This document shows positions 53,901 through 64,000 of a stretch of DNA of 64,000 bases, piece after piece. Position 1 is the stretch's first letter, and the number at the start of each line of letters is the position of its first letter. The DNA is from Callorhinchus milii (lineage: Eukaryota), in the NCBI RefSeq assembly GCF_018977255.1, contig NW_024704742.1, positions 22,570,001-22,634,000 on the forward strand, written 5' to 3'. The position numbers and the translations under genes are program-made. Under the pieces are notes generated by a model that saw only the letters and a program-made list of their open reading frames with translations, was not told the DNA's origin and searched no databases.

Positions 53901-56900
53901 TCACACCAACTGTTGGGATCTTTGGTCTGCAGACCAAGAACCATATTGCATCTGAGCCACTGCAGCATGAAGCGCGTCCAATTACTCAGGAAATAAAAAC
54001 ACTTTGAGAATCTGCTTAACAATACTTTATTTTAGACCTCCAATGTTTTTAAAAAATATTCAGAACCAGTCAGCATGATTGTACTCAGTGGTAAGGTATT
54101 ATAATAATAATCCTTGCATTTTGATATAGTGCCTTTCACGTCTTCTAGACGTCTCAAAGCGCTTCACAGAATATACTGTAAAGTGAATTGACTGTATATT
54201 TGTGGGCGAAACGTGGCAGCCAATTTAAGGTCAGATTGAAGATTCAATATCTTTGCTGAACTATGGTATGCAAAATAAATGGAAATTGTAGCATCTTTCT
54301 GCAGGATGGAGAAAAACATTGGGTGGGGGGAATCCCCTTAGCTTTTTGAAACCCAAAACACATTCCACCTTTCATCCCTTGTTTCAAGAATACTTTGGAA
54401 AGACCAGTGAAGTTTCCAAACTTTCACCTAACTTTCCCAGTTTGGACCCTAACCTGAAGCATGGCACACCTAATTGCTTGGCACTGACTTCTCACGCTAA
54501 AAAAAATCTGACTTCCTGATCATCAAATTGCTGCTAACAATCACTTCCTGCCAATGATTATGTGTATAGGAAGCTTCACTGATGTAATAATAATCCTTTC
54601 ATTTGATATAGCGCTTTTCACGTCTTCTCGACGTCTCAAAGTGCTTCACAGAATAGACTGTAAAGTGAATTGACCTTATATTTGTGGGTGATGTATCAGA
54701 TTCATAGAATATTACAGCACAGAAGGAGGCCATTCCTTTGCAAGAGCTACCCAGTCAGTCCCACTCACCCACTCTGTCCTCCGTAAATTTTTAGAAGTAC
54801 CTCTCTAATTCCCTTTTGAAAGTTGTTATTGAATCTGTTTCCACTTTTCCGTCTGCTGCTCATTCACTCAAAAAATTATATTGCCTGCGACCTGAATATC
54901 CAGAAATCAGCATTTTTTTTTTAAGTGCTTCGTTGAACTACTGGATCCAGCTTCCATGAGGTTCCCTTATATTAATTTAGTCTAAGTCCCCTGCCTTTTC
55001 CCCCAAAGCCTTCTGTGTTACTCTTTTTTTAAGTATATGTCCTTTTTAAAGCTACAATATTATGGATTCTTTCGTCCTGGTTTTCATCAAATCACCAATT
55101 CCCAAAAAGCAAAAATGCATTTAACAATATTAATAAAGCCATCAGTATCGGTAAGTCAAGATTAATAAGCAACTAATGTTCTAGAAGATATTACGTTTAT
55201 CTTCAGAAACACATGCTGTGCATTTTTACATCTGGCGAGACACCTCCACCAGCTTGCTTGCACCATCATAAGACGTCTTGAAGATGTGATAAGGCACTGT
55301 TTCAATGCAAGGATTATTATTATTATCCTCAGACTAAGCTTCTAATTCAATCACAAACAAAACATGTATGTAAATTCCACCCACCTGAGAATACCAGTGC
55401 CTGTTCCAATATCCAAAATAGAGCTGCAGCCAGATTGCACTGCTTTCTGGATCGCTCTCTCATAGGCAAAGTTCCTCTTTTTATCATTCAGCATTAAAAA
55501 ATGCCAGCGTTCCACTAACCAGTTGGCAACACGATAAAAATTCTCCCTTGCTTCTGTATAATCAGGCTTGAGTTTGACGGCTTTGTGGAAATACCCAGCA
55601 GCTTCATCCCGGAACCCCATGCTGCTCAGAGAATGAAAAAATTAAATTTTTGACTTTGCAACTTTACAAAAAGTACATTTTCTAAATTACACTTGCTTTG
55701 TACACAAGTTAAGAAAATGATTATTCCAGTTATGCCTTGACTTTCTTGAAACAATAAAAGATGTAACTGGTTATGTTGTTCTCATTCAGAAGATTAATTT
55801 CAAGAATTTTGCTCCATCTGAATCTGCACCAAGAAGTGTCACTGGTGTGACTTCTGTATATGTAAATCTAACTAGAAACTATATTTAAAAATCATTGAGC
55901 TCCATAATTAAAGCTAGACAGGTTAACATTTTAACAAACTTCTGACTCATGAGTGCTATCAACTGAGCCAGCCTGTCACACCTATAGAAGGAAACAGATG
56001 TGTAAAAGTCCATTTATAATAAGGTTTAACAGACTTTAAAATGTCATTAAAATTCTTCTCACTAACCGAAATAAATGTTCTCCCATACTATTCCAGATCA
56101 CCTCATTATCGGGGAAGAGTTCTAAAGCCTGTTCATAGCAGTCAAATATATCTTGGATCCGACTTAAGGAATCCAATTCTTCTGCCCATTTCAGAAGAGT
56201 AGTTTGGAAAGATTCCTACAATTTTAGAAATGGATAAGTAAAAATAAACAAGGTCAGATACGATACTAGAGATTAGGCCACACACCAGAACAAAACGATG
56301 GTCCTATTTTTGACCATGGACTAAACTGAAACAGACTAGACAAGCATATTAGATTCATAATATAAGATCCATCCCTATGTCATTGGCATACCTTAAAACA
56401 TACATTTCATCACTGTATTTAAAGTACAACAAAAATTAAAAAAGTTGGGCTTTAAAATATTGCAAACAATTCTTTGAGTTGTTTGATGGATAACAATCAA
56501 ACCCTAGAACAAGTATAAATATTTATCATACTAATTGTTAAAACGTGACAAAATAGATTTGTAAGTGTGTATGCGTCTTACTTTCTGCCATCTTTTAAAG
56601 TTTAAAGTTTTAGTCATTTGACCATGTCCAGTGCTTTGGGACGTCCTCCCTACATGAAAGGTGCCATACAAATGTAATTTTGTATTGTATGTTTATGGTC
56701 ACCTCCCACTTCTCCCTGACTCACCATCAAGTTTTGCCACTGTTAAGCGCTCCGTGACGCTATCTGATATGAAGGGCACTATAAAAATGCAACTTGTTGA
56801 TGTTGTATTATTTGGCAGCAAAACAAACTTATAGCAAGAAGCATTGTACTACATTTTGTGTCTGCTCCAGATCTCTGATTCTATTCTTTAATCACTACAA

Positions 56901-58695
56901 AGGTGTTCTAAGGTCACTACGGTGTACAACATCAGAGCACAACTGTCATTACTTGACAGATTTATTATGAGCACTGACAAATGAGGTGGTGAATTTGCAC
57001 AAATATCTCCCAGGCTTGTGACAGGCTCTACCTGGAGTCTTGTGATCCTGACGGTCACCCTTTTTAAATTCAAATTTCCACTGAAAATAAGATCCACTCT
57101 GAAAATAATATCACTTTGCATTAGATATTCATTGATGGACTGCACTAAAACTTGTACGCAGGGGGAGGAGTTAGTTTACACTAATGTTGCAGCAGCACCA
57201 AAGCTGAGGTTACTTACAGTCCATAGTGGAGGTTTGTCAATACTTTTGACACTTGTACAAATAACATGGGGGGGAAGGGAGTTGGTGCCTTTGACTGTGA
57301 CCTCTCTTGTGAATTATGCATTTTCAAAAACAGGTATCCAGAATGGGAGCTCCAACGGGAGTTCCTACAGAGTGTAAACACTGACAGCTTCCACACAGAA
57401 GTTAGTTTAATGCCAAACACACAACTCAAGAGAACAGCTGAATTCCAAATTGCATCTCTAAAAAATATAGGGTCCACCAAAATACTAAATGTGCTTATTG
57501 CTCTTGCACTTAGTCACATCTCAGAACATGATCTACATGATAACTCTATGCAAAGTTGTATGCCTGCCAAGAGCTGTCAACAATGTCCCCCATATTATTG
57601 ACAGCTCTTGGACAGGGGTACAATTTTGCAAAGGGTGGTGGGGGAGGTGTTGTAATTCCCATACTGACAGATATATTGCAAGCTTATTCAAACATATATG
57701 TAATCATGATTGTTTGTTTGTTTATTTATTTAAAAGTGGAGCAAACACAAACTGCAACAAGTTCCCACAAAAACAACAGTGACAGACCATCGCTCCTTAA
57801 TGAGAGGCATTGAGCAAGTTTGAGAGGCACTGACAGGTCAACGTGACGCATTGCCAGGTGCAAGGCCCCAAGGATGCTACTGAGAGGACAAAAATGTGCG
57901 TGTGAATGGAGCATGGTGAGAGGAGGAGGCGATAGAGAGAGAGATGGAGAGAGAGGGAGGAAGATGGAGGGAGAGATAGAGAGATGGAGAGAGAGGGAGG
58001 AAGATGGAGGGAGAGATAGAGAGATGGAGAGAGAGGGAGGAAGATGGAGGGAGAGATAGAGAGATGGAGAGAGGGGGAGGAAGATGGAGGGATAGAGAGA
58101 TGGAGAGAGAGGGAGGAAGATGGAGGGAGAGATAGAGAGATGGAGAGAGAGGGAGGAAGATGGAGGGAGAGATAGAGAGATGGAGAGAGGGGGAGGAAGA
58201 TGGAGGGAGAGATAGAGAGATGGAGAGAGGGGGAGGAAGATGGAGGGTTAGAGAGATGGAGAGAGAGGGAGGAAGATGGAGGGATAGAGAGATGGAGAGA
58301 GAGGGACGAAGATGGAGGGATAGAGAGATGGAGAGAGAGGGAGGAAGATGGAGGGAGAGAGAGATGGAGAGAGAGGGAGGAAGATGGAGGGAGAGATAGA
58401 GCGATGGAGAGAGAGAGCCGGAGAGAAAGATTGAGAGATGGAAAGACGTGAAGAGAGAGGGGAGGGATAATGGCGGTGGTGTGGAGGGGTGGGGGGTGCT
58501 GTCTATGTTGTTGGAGGGGGGGCGGTCACTCACCCTGGCGATGTCCTTGAGCTCTGGGGCCAGGTTGAGGAACAGCAGGTAGTGGGCGAAGGCTGTGCCG
58601 AAATGGTGGCTCTCGGCGCACTCCTGTGCGCTCTGCAGGGAGCGGTACACCAGCCGAGCCCGGGCCCGCGGGCCACTGCGCCTCCGAGAGGACAT
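38763..58695 (-). CDS. PRMT9: Protein arginine N-methyltransferase 9, 12 coding exons, 2526 bp, 841 aa
   Basis: N-terminal TPR region, motif [13 protein letters not shown], double-E loop [16 protein letters not shown] loop (EETCWEQ), second degenerate module ([17 protein letters not shown]); phases consistent. Confidence 0.96.
39662..39830 (+). mobile_element. 5'-truncated SINE in PRMT9 intron 11
   Basis: Core plus stem-loop tail nearly identical to the other copies. Confidence 0.8.
39837..39959 (-). CDS. PRMT9: PRMT9 exon 11, 123 bp
   Basis: tcccag|[41 protein letters not shown]|gtagaa. Confidence 0.92.
40097..40250 (-). CDS. PRMT9: PRMT9 exon 10, 154 bp
   Basis: ccatag|[51 protein letters not shown]|gttttt (weak donor). 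Confidence 0.9.
40486..40710 (-). mobile_element. SINE fragment, long variant
   Basis: Tail, core and part of the extra segment shared with the 1121-1410 copy. Confidence 0.75.
41259..41985 (-). CDS. PRMT9: PRMT9 exon 9, 727 bp
   Basis: tttcag|[20 protein letters not shown]...[12 protein letters not shown]...LMEKAALA|gtatgc. Confidence 0.94.
42471..42654 (-). CDS. PRMT9: PRMT9 exon 8, 184 bp
   Basis: ccatag|[61 protein letters not shown]|gtaagt. Confidence 0.94.
43662..43854 (-). CDS. PRMT9: PRMT9 exon 7, 193 bp
   Basis: cggcag|[11 protein letters not shown]...[33 protein letters not shown]|gtttga. Confidence 0.93.
44678..45240 (-). mobile_element. L2 LINE 3' fragment in PRMT9 intron 6
   Basis: [13 protein letters not shown] and [20 protein letters not shown] plus tail. 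Confidence 0.85.
45493..45599 (-). CDS. PRMT9: PRMT9 exon 6, 107 bp
   Basis: tcatag|[35 protein letters not shown]|gttagt. Confidence 0.92.
47161..47180 (-). promoter_or_regulatory. Candidate CTCF-binding site in PRMT9 intron 5
   Basis: Minus strand GTGCCAGCAGATGGTGCTAA closely matches the CTCF core motif; motif only. Confidence 0.35.
47452..47554 (-). CDS. PRMT9: PRMT9 exon 5, 103 bp (double-E loop)
   Basis: cctcag|[34 protein letters not shown]|gtaagt. Confidence 0.95.
48210..48377 (-). CDS. PRMT9: PRMT9 exon 4, 168 bp
   Basis: tttcag|[28 protein letters not shown]...IPKDLSS|gtatgt. Confidence 0.95.
50851..51147. mobile_element. Possible non-autonomous hAT-like element with internal palindrome
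   Basis: Degenerate termini CAGGGTGGTTCAA / TTGGACTATCCTA with GGGCCGC-like subterminal motifs; no clear TSD. Confidence 0.4.
51335..52910 (+). mobile_element. Decayed CR1-clade LINE (endonuclease end to RT), interrupted by an L2 tail at 52322-52431
   Basis: [66 protein letters not shown]. Confidence 0.88.
54100..54225 (-). mobile_element. SINE 3' fragment (similar ones at 54585-54690, 52912-53015, 61781-61935)
   Basis: (TAA)n-ccttgcattttgatatag tail and core in reverse. Confidence 0.75.
55385..55621 (-). CDS. PRMT9: PRMT9 exon 3, 237 bp
   Basis: gcag|[17 protein letters not shown]...[11 protein letters not shown]...[11 protein letters not shown]|gtgggt. Confidence 0.95.
56067..56215 (-). 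CDS. PRMT9: PRMT9 exon 2, 149 bp
   Basis: tgtag|[49 protein letters not shown]|gttagt. Confidence 0.93.
57931..58440 (+). repeat. Purine-rich minisatellite, about 40-bp unit, PRMT9 intron 1
   Basis: GAGATGGAGAGAGAGGGAGGAAGATGGAGGGAGAGATAGA repeated about 12 times. Confidence 0.95.
58534..58695 (-). CDS. PRMT9: PRMT9 coding exon 1, 162 bp
   Basis: [54 protein letters not shown]|gtgagt. Confidence 0.9.
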
Positions 58696-58700
58696 CCCCT

Positions 58701-59460
58701 ACACTGACACTGACACTAACACACACAGTGACACTAACACACACTGACACACACACAGACTGACACACAGTGACACTAACACATACACTGACACTAACAC
58801 ACACAGTGACACTAACACATACACTGACACTAACACACAGACTAACACACAGTGACACTAACACATACACTGACCCTAACACACAGACTGACACACAGTG
58901 ACACTAACACACACTGACACTAACACACACACAGTGACACTGACACACACTGAGAGACACACACACACACCGACACTCACAATGGCCACTCAGCCCCACA
59001 CACACACACACACACACACAGTGACACTGACACACACACTGAGACACACACACACCGACACTCACAATGGCCACTCAGCCCCACACACACACAGTGACAC
59101 TGACACACACACTGAGACACACACACACCGACACTCACAATGGCCACTCAGCCCCACACACACACAGTGACACTGACACACACACACTGAGAGACACACA
59201 CACACTGACACTCACAATGGCCACTCAGCCCCACACACACACAGTGACACTGACACACACTGAGAGACACACACACACCGACACACACAATGGCCACTCA
59301 GCCCCACACACACACACAGTGACACACACACACTGAGACACACACCGACACTCACAATGGCCACTCAGCCCCACACACACTGAGACACACACTGACACAC
59401 ACACACTGAGACACACACTGACACTCACAATGGCCACTCAGCCCCACACACACACACAAT
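58701..59460 (+). repeat. CA-rich compound minisatellite directly upstream of the PRMT9 ATG
   Basis: ACACTGACACTAACAC units, then 7 copies of TGGCCACTCAGCCCCA spaced 67-85 bp. Confidence 0.93.
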
Positions 59461-59489
59461 AAACCACCAGTTTAAATCAATGAATCAAT

Positions 59490-59945
59490 AAACAGTGACG
59501 GGGGGGCACGGGCCGAGCTCCTCTCTCGGTTCAGTCCTCCTGACGCACCCTCTCCTCTGCCCGCTGGCTGGGTGGCTGGTGGCTGGTGGGTGGGTGGGTG
59601 GTGGGTGGGTGACGGTTTATTTCGGTTGGTGGGTGACCGGGAAATGAAAGCCGTTAAAAAAATTTTTTTTTGGGGGGGTTCAAAGACAACGTGAACCCGC
59701 CGCGAGCTCCCGAGGGCCGCACGCGCCCGCTTTCGTCTGACGGGAGAGAAACGTGCCCCCCGCGAGCGTGCGTGCGTGCGTGCGTGCGCGTGCGCCAGCA
59801 AGCCCCGCCCCCCCTGAAACGCACGCCCTCCCTCCCACCTTCCCGCCCGCCCGGTGCAGCGCTGTGAGAGGATCCGGTGGGAGCACCGCACGCACAGCAG
59901 ATTGGTTCCTGCCGAGGACAGTGTTTTTGGTTGCACTGTGCGTGA
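59490..59945 (-). promoter_or_regulatory. CpG-island promoter / 5' region of PRMT9
   Basis: CpG-rich; GC box near 59803, CCAAT on the minus strand at 59901-59905, (CGTG)n tract; about 0.8 kb upstream of the ATG. Confidence 0.75.
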
Positions 59946-60098
59946 AAGGAACAGCTGTGAGCGTGGGCCTGGTTTTTTTTAAATAAAAAAATTATTTTAA
60001 GCCTACAAAAACATCACCCCCCCCCCCACACACCACCACCCACCCACCACCCACCCACCGTCTCCTGGCCACCACCGCCACCGCCCCCTTCAAGATAT

Positions 60099-60203
60099 TT
60101 TCACCCGCAAAAAATATACGGTCAATTCTGCGAAGCGCTTTGAGACGTCTCGGTCGGGGAAGACGTGACGAGGCGCGACGTCGAATGCGAGGATTATTAT
60201 TAT
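60099..60203 (+). mobile_element. SINE 3' fragment with unusually CpG-rich tail
   Basis: Aligns to the SINE tail and ends ggattattattatt. Confidence 0.7.
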
Positions 60204-60607
60204 TTTCTTAACAGTTTCAAAAAGCACTTGGACCTAACTTGGCCACGCGTGATATAATAATAATAATAATAATAATATTGGGCTATGTTTGGTGTTTGGT
60301 GGATGTTGGGCTACAAAACGTATTTTAATTCCTGCCAACCCCTGCCTGTGCCCGAGGGGAGAGCTCAGGGGAAGCAGAGAAAGCGTTACCTTCGTCTTCA
60401 AACTGGTTTGACGGGCCCATTCAGTACTCTTCAGGTTTGATAAATATTTGGAAGAGCAACAATGTCCGGGACAGGACCCCGGACTCATTTCGAAAGACAG
60501 CTTAATGCTGTGATGGGAAGATGGTGCGGTGGGTATCCTGGAAGCTGGAACCAGTGTCCTATCCCACACCAGGCTCCGCGACCCTATCGACCCCGTCCAA
60601 ATGGACC

Positions 60608-61700
60608 AACAACAACAAATTACATTGTGTAGCCGTTTCACACCAGGAGGACGCATCCAAGGCGATGGATAGTCAGGGTGTGGTGGTTGTGATCAGTGGT
60701 GGAGGGCGGGGAGGGGAGGGATAGGAGAGTGACTGAAGGCACGGTTGAAAAGGTGGGTCTTGAACAGGCAAGGGAGGGGGCGAGGCGGAGGGATGACGAG
60801 ATGGAGGTCCCGAGGGTGGGGGCAGAGTTGCGGAAGGCCCGCCTGCCGATGGTGGGGCGGGCGAGGTGAGGGACGTGAAGCAGGTCGGAGTCTGTTGAGC
60901 AGAGGGAGGGTGAAGATTGGTAGGGGGTCACAGAAGTGGGGAGGAGCAAGGCCGTAGAGGACGTTGACGGTGAGGAGCAGGATTTTGAACTCTCTCCTCT
61001 GTGTGATGGGGAGCCAGCGGAGCTGGGCAAGGATGGGGTTGCTAGCGCCTCGGAGCCTGGTGCATGAGAGGACATGGGCTGCAGAGTTCTGGATGATCTG
61101 CAGCCTGTGGAGGGAGGAGTTAGAGAGGCCGACAAGCCGGGAGTTTGCACAGTCGAACCTGGATGTTATGAATGCGTGGATGAGGGTCTCGGCGGCCTGC
61201 AGTGAGAGACAGTGGTGGAGCCGGGCTATGTTGGGGAGGTGGGAAAAGCCAGAGTGGGTCATGGCATAGATGTGGAGGATGAAGGACAGTTGAGGGTCAA
61301 ACAGGTCACCGAGTTTGGCTCCATGAGGTGTAGAGTACATCTATGAACAGTGATGCTGTCAGTGCCTGAGGTATAGAGGTGCTGACAGGAGTGAAACAGG
61401 AGAGCCTCAGTCTTGTTGACATTCAACTAAAAAAAGTTTGCTCTCATCTAGGACTTGATGTCCAACAGGCAGTCTGTGAGGACAGCAGTGGGTCCTGGAG
61501 CCGAGGGTGAAGGCAGAGAGGTACAGTTGGGTGTTATCCGCATACATGTGGAAGTTGACCCCATATCTACGGATAATGTCACCAAGAGGGAGCATGTAAA
61601 TGTTGAAAAGGAGGGGACCAAGGACAGAGCCCTGAGGGACGCCACACATGATGGTGCGGGGGCTGGAGGAGAAGTCGTTAGTGGAGACAAAGTGGAAATC
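60608..61700 (-). mobile_element. Decayed L2 LINE with partial RT
   Basis: [45 protein letters not shown]; tail. Confidence 0.88.
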
Positions 61701-62148
61701 TAATGGCCTTCTTCATCTGAACTAATCTTGTGATCTTGTGAATATAAAACAGGATGGGGAGCATGGAATTGGGATTAGAGTAATAATAATAATAATCCTT
61801 AAATTTAATATAGTGCCTTTTCCATTGGGAGGACGTCTCAAAATGTTTCGCCGGATATACTGTAAAGTGTAATGACTAATTTGTGGGTGAATGCAGCAAC
61901 TAATTTGCGCACAGCAATGTCCCACAAACAAATCATATTTTCTATAATTCTGACTGAAACTGAAAATATACAGAACAGGAAAGCCAAAAGGAACCTAGGA
62001 AATATCGTAATTGACCTGAGAAAATTATTAAACAATTAAACAGGAAGACAGCAATTATATATCAAGCCTGGTCTGTGAGATAATAATGTTTGCTACCCTT
62101 TGTAATCACATAAATAAGATTATAGGAATGTGTATAAAGTATTCTCCA

Positions 62149-62458
62149 GTGTACTCAGTGGTTAGAGCACTCGCCTTGCAAGCGAGACACCTGGGTTTAA
62201 TTCCTGGCAGGGCGAAATCTTGGGCAAGTTTCCTTACTCCACACGCCTAATAATAATCCCTCCAAAAAACAAAACAATAATAAATTGGTCATTTTCAATC
62301 CACAACTGTTTGTGGGACACTGCTGCGCGCAATTGTGCTGCGTTTCGCCCACAAATATACAGTCAATTCACTTTGCAGTCTATTCTGTGAAGCGCTTTGA
62401 GATGTCGAGAAGATGTGAAAAGCGCGATATCAAATGCAAGGATTATTATTATTTATTA
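62149..62458 (+). mobile_element. Near full-length copy of the same SINE
   Basis: tRNA-like head, same core and stem-loop/(TTA)n tail as the 4553 copy. Confidence 0.85.
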
Positions 62459-62944
62459 CTTGTACATAGTATACAGTAAAGTCTTATAAAGGCTTAGCAA
62501 ATAAAGTGCTGTGCCCCAAAGTGCTGCAGTGTTCCAAATATGTAAACTAAGTCATGATTCTCTGCCTTTCTCAACAGTGTTTTCTCAGGCTTTATTCACT
62601 TGGGAAAATGCGAAAGAAAAACAGTTAGTGTTTGTGCATCTAAAACTATTATCCAGTGAATTCTGATGGGATCCTGCATATATGGACATCAGAAGTCCCC
62701 AAATTCTCAAGGCCATAGCCTTTAGACCATTGGGACGTCCTCCTAACGTGAAAGGCAATATGTTGTTGTAAAATTATATTCAGTCTTAATTTGGAAGCCG
62801 GATCTTAAAACGAACTGTGAAAAAAACAGTGTGTCAAGTTATCTTCTACATTTTAAGAATTTTATGATTTTTCTGCACAATTTCAAAGATTAAATACACA
62901 CTAATAAACTTGAGATTATATTTTATTTCTAGTATCCAGCCTTA

Positions 62945-63095
62945 GGTAAGGACAGGATTAGGGTTGATTATAATGCCCCTATGGTGGAATAGGCTGCTGA
63001 CACCTACTGTCCAAGATCACAATTGAAGAATAACCATTTGGGCGAGGCACTTGATGCTTGTGGATTTGTAACTTATCATGAGTTACCACCTTCAG
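62945..63095 (+). mobile_element. LF-SINE-like relic (related pieces at 1040-1120 -, 2200-2420 -, 28010-28090 +)
   Basis: aggacaggat..tgcccct..gaataggctgctgacac..tgaagaat..gggcgagg resembles the LF-SINE consensus as I recall it. Confidence 0.45.
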
Positions 63096-64000
63096 GAAAG
63101 TCATGGGCAGAATTTGCTCTAATAGCTCAGAAAATAAAAATTAGTGCTGATACCATAGACCTGAACTTCAACACCGCAGCTGCATAACAGTAAATTGGAC
63201 AGTGCATTTGGAACACAAGGTCCTGATACCTGCCACAACCTGAATGAAACCTGGCGACGAAATTGCAGAGAACACAATGGTTGCCTTAACTTTATTCATG
63301 GTTAATCTAAAAACCTACTGCGCTTGAATAATCCATTACATGGCCTTGACACCAAAATAGTTGGTGGTGTTTAGAGAAGTGGTGGATAGGATTGTGTTGC
63401 AAAATGTGGCACTCAGTCTCCAGATTAATGATTTGTTCAAAGTACCAAGTCAAAAGACAATGGATAAATTCTTAATGAACACCAGGTTTTAATGGACCTG
63501 TTTGCACAATCATCTGTGTTTGGAATTTTTTGTCGCCTTCCAATGTCTCGGGAGTTTAAACAATGAAAAGGATCAGGAGGATCTGGATAGGATTTATCAT
63601 TTCTAAATATAGTTAAAAACACAATGCAAACAATTGAAGGGGAAGTTAATCTGGGACCTCCTCCTCGTGACCAGCAATCGCAGAGGACTGGGACCAGATC
63701 ACTATCTGTGTGGTCAGTGAACGGAAGATATCTGAGTTGAGTAAGAAAATTAAAGCTGAGCAAATGATCTTTTGGCATTGGCAGGAATATGAGGTAAAGG
63801 TTGAAGAATCAAGTGCAGTGGGAAGGGAAAGAGGACAGGAGAAGAAATTAAGAGAAGGTGGAAGTGGAAAAAAATAAGACAGAAACCGAAACAAATAAAA
63901 TGAGGGGAGAAAATCAATAAGCAAAGATGTCATGGAAGGAATGGAAGGGACATTAGTGAGGACGAAAACATAAGGAAATGGACACTAATAACACAGAAGG

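Noticed and set aside
57877..58533. 272-aa ORF extending PRMT9 exon 1
   Set aside because: Read-through past a strong GTGAGT donor into a CT-rich repeat.
58975..59460. Regularly spaced conserved cores resembling a CRISPR array
   Set aside because: Spacers are near-identical CA microsatellite, there are no cas genes, and the context is vertebrate; it is a minisatellite.

Overview
Vertebrate genomic DNA; the L2/CR1 LINE and tRNA-Deu-SINE landscape suggests a cartilaginous fish, possibly a chimaera (inference). It holds the conserved EDNRA-TMEM184C-PRMT9 block: the last three coding exons of EDNRA (+), complete TMEM184C (+, 10 coding exons, 449 aa) and complete PRMT9 (-, 12 coding exons, 841 aa), all with GT-AG boundaries and consistent phases. 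Both complete genes have CpG-island promoters flanked by long tandem-repeat tracts. The rest is L2 and CR1 fragments, a tRNA-derived SINE sharing the L2 3' stem-loop, older SINE relics, and local duplications or hairpins. I found no clearly novel gene system. Best leads: all-AT-to-GC, CpG-creating substitutions in a SINE beside the PRMT9 promoter; a shared RT active-site D-to-N change in two L2 copies; a UG-rich minisatellite with repeated donor motifs upstream of the PRMT9 ATG; and long intronic hairpins. Comparisons with human proteins and repeat consensi are from memory, not searches.
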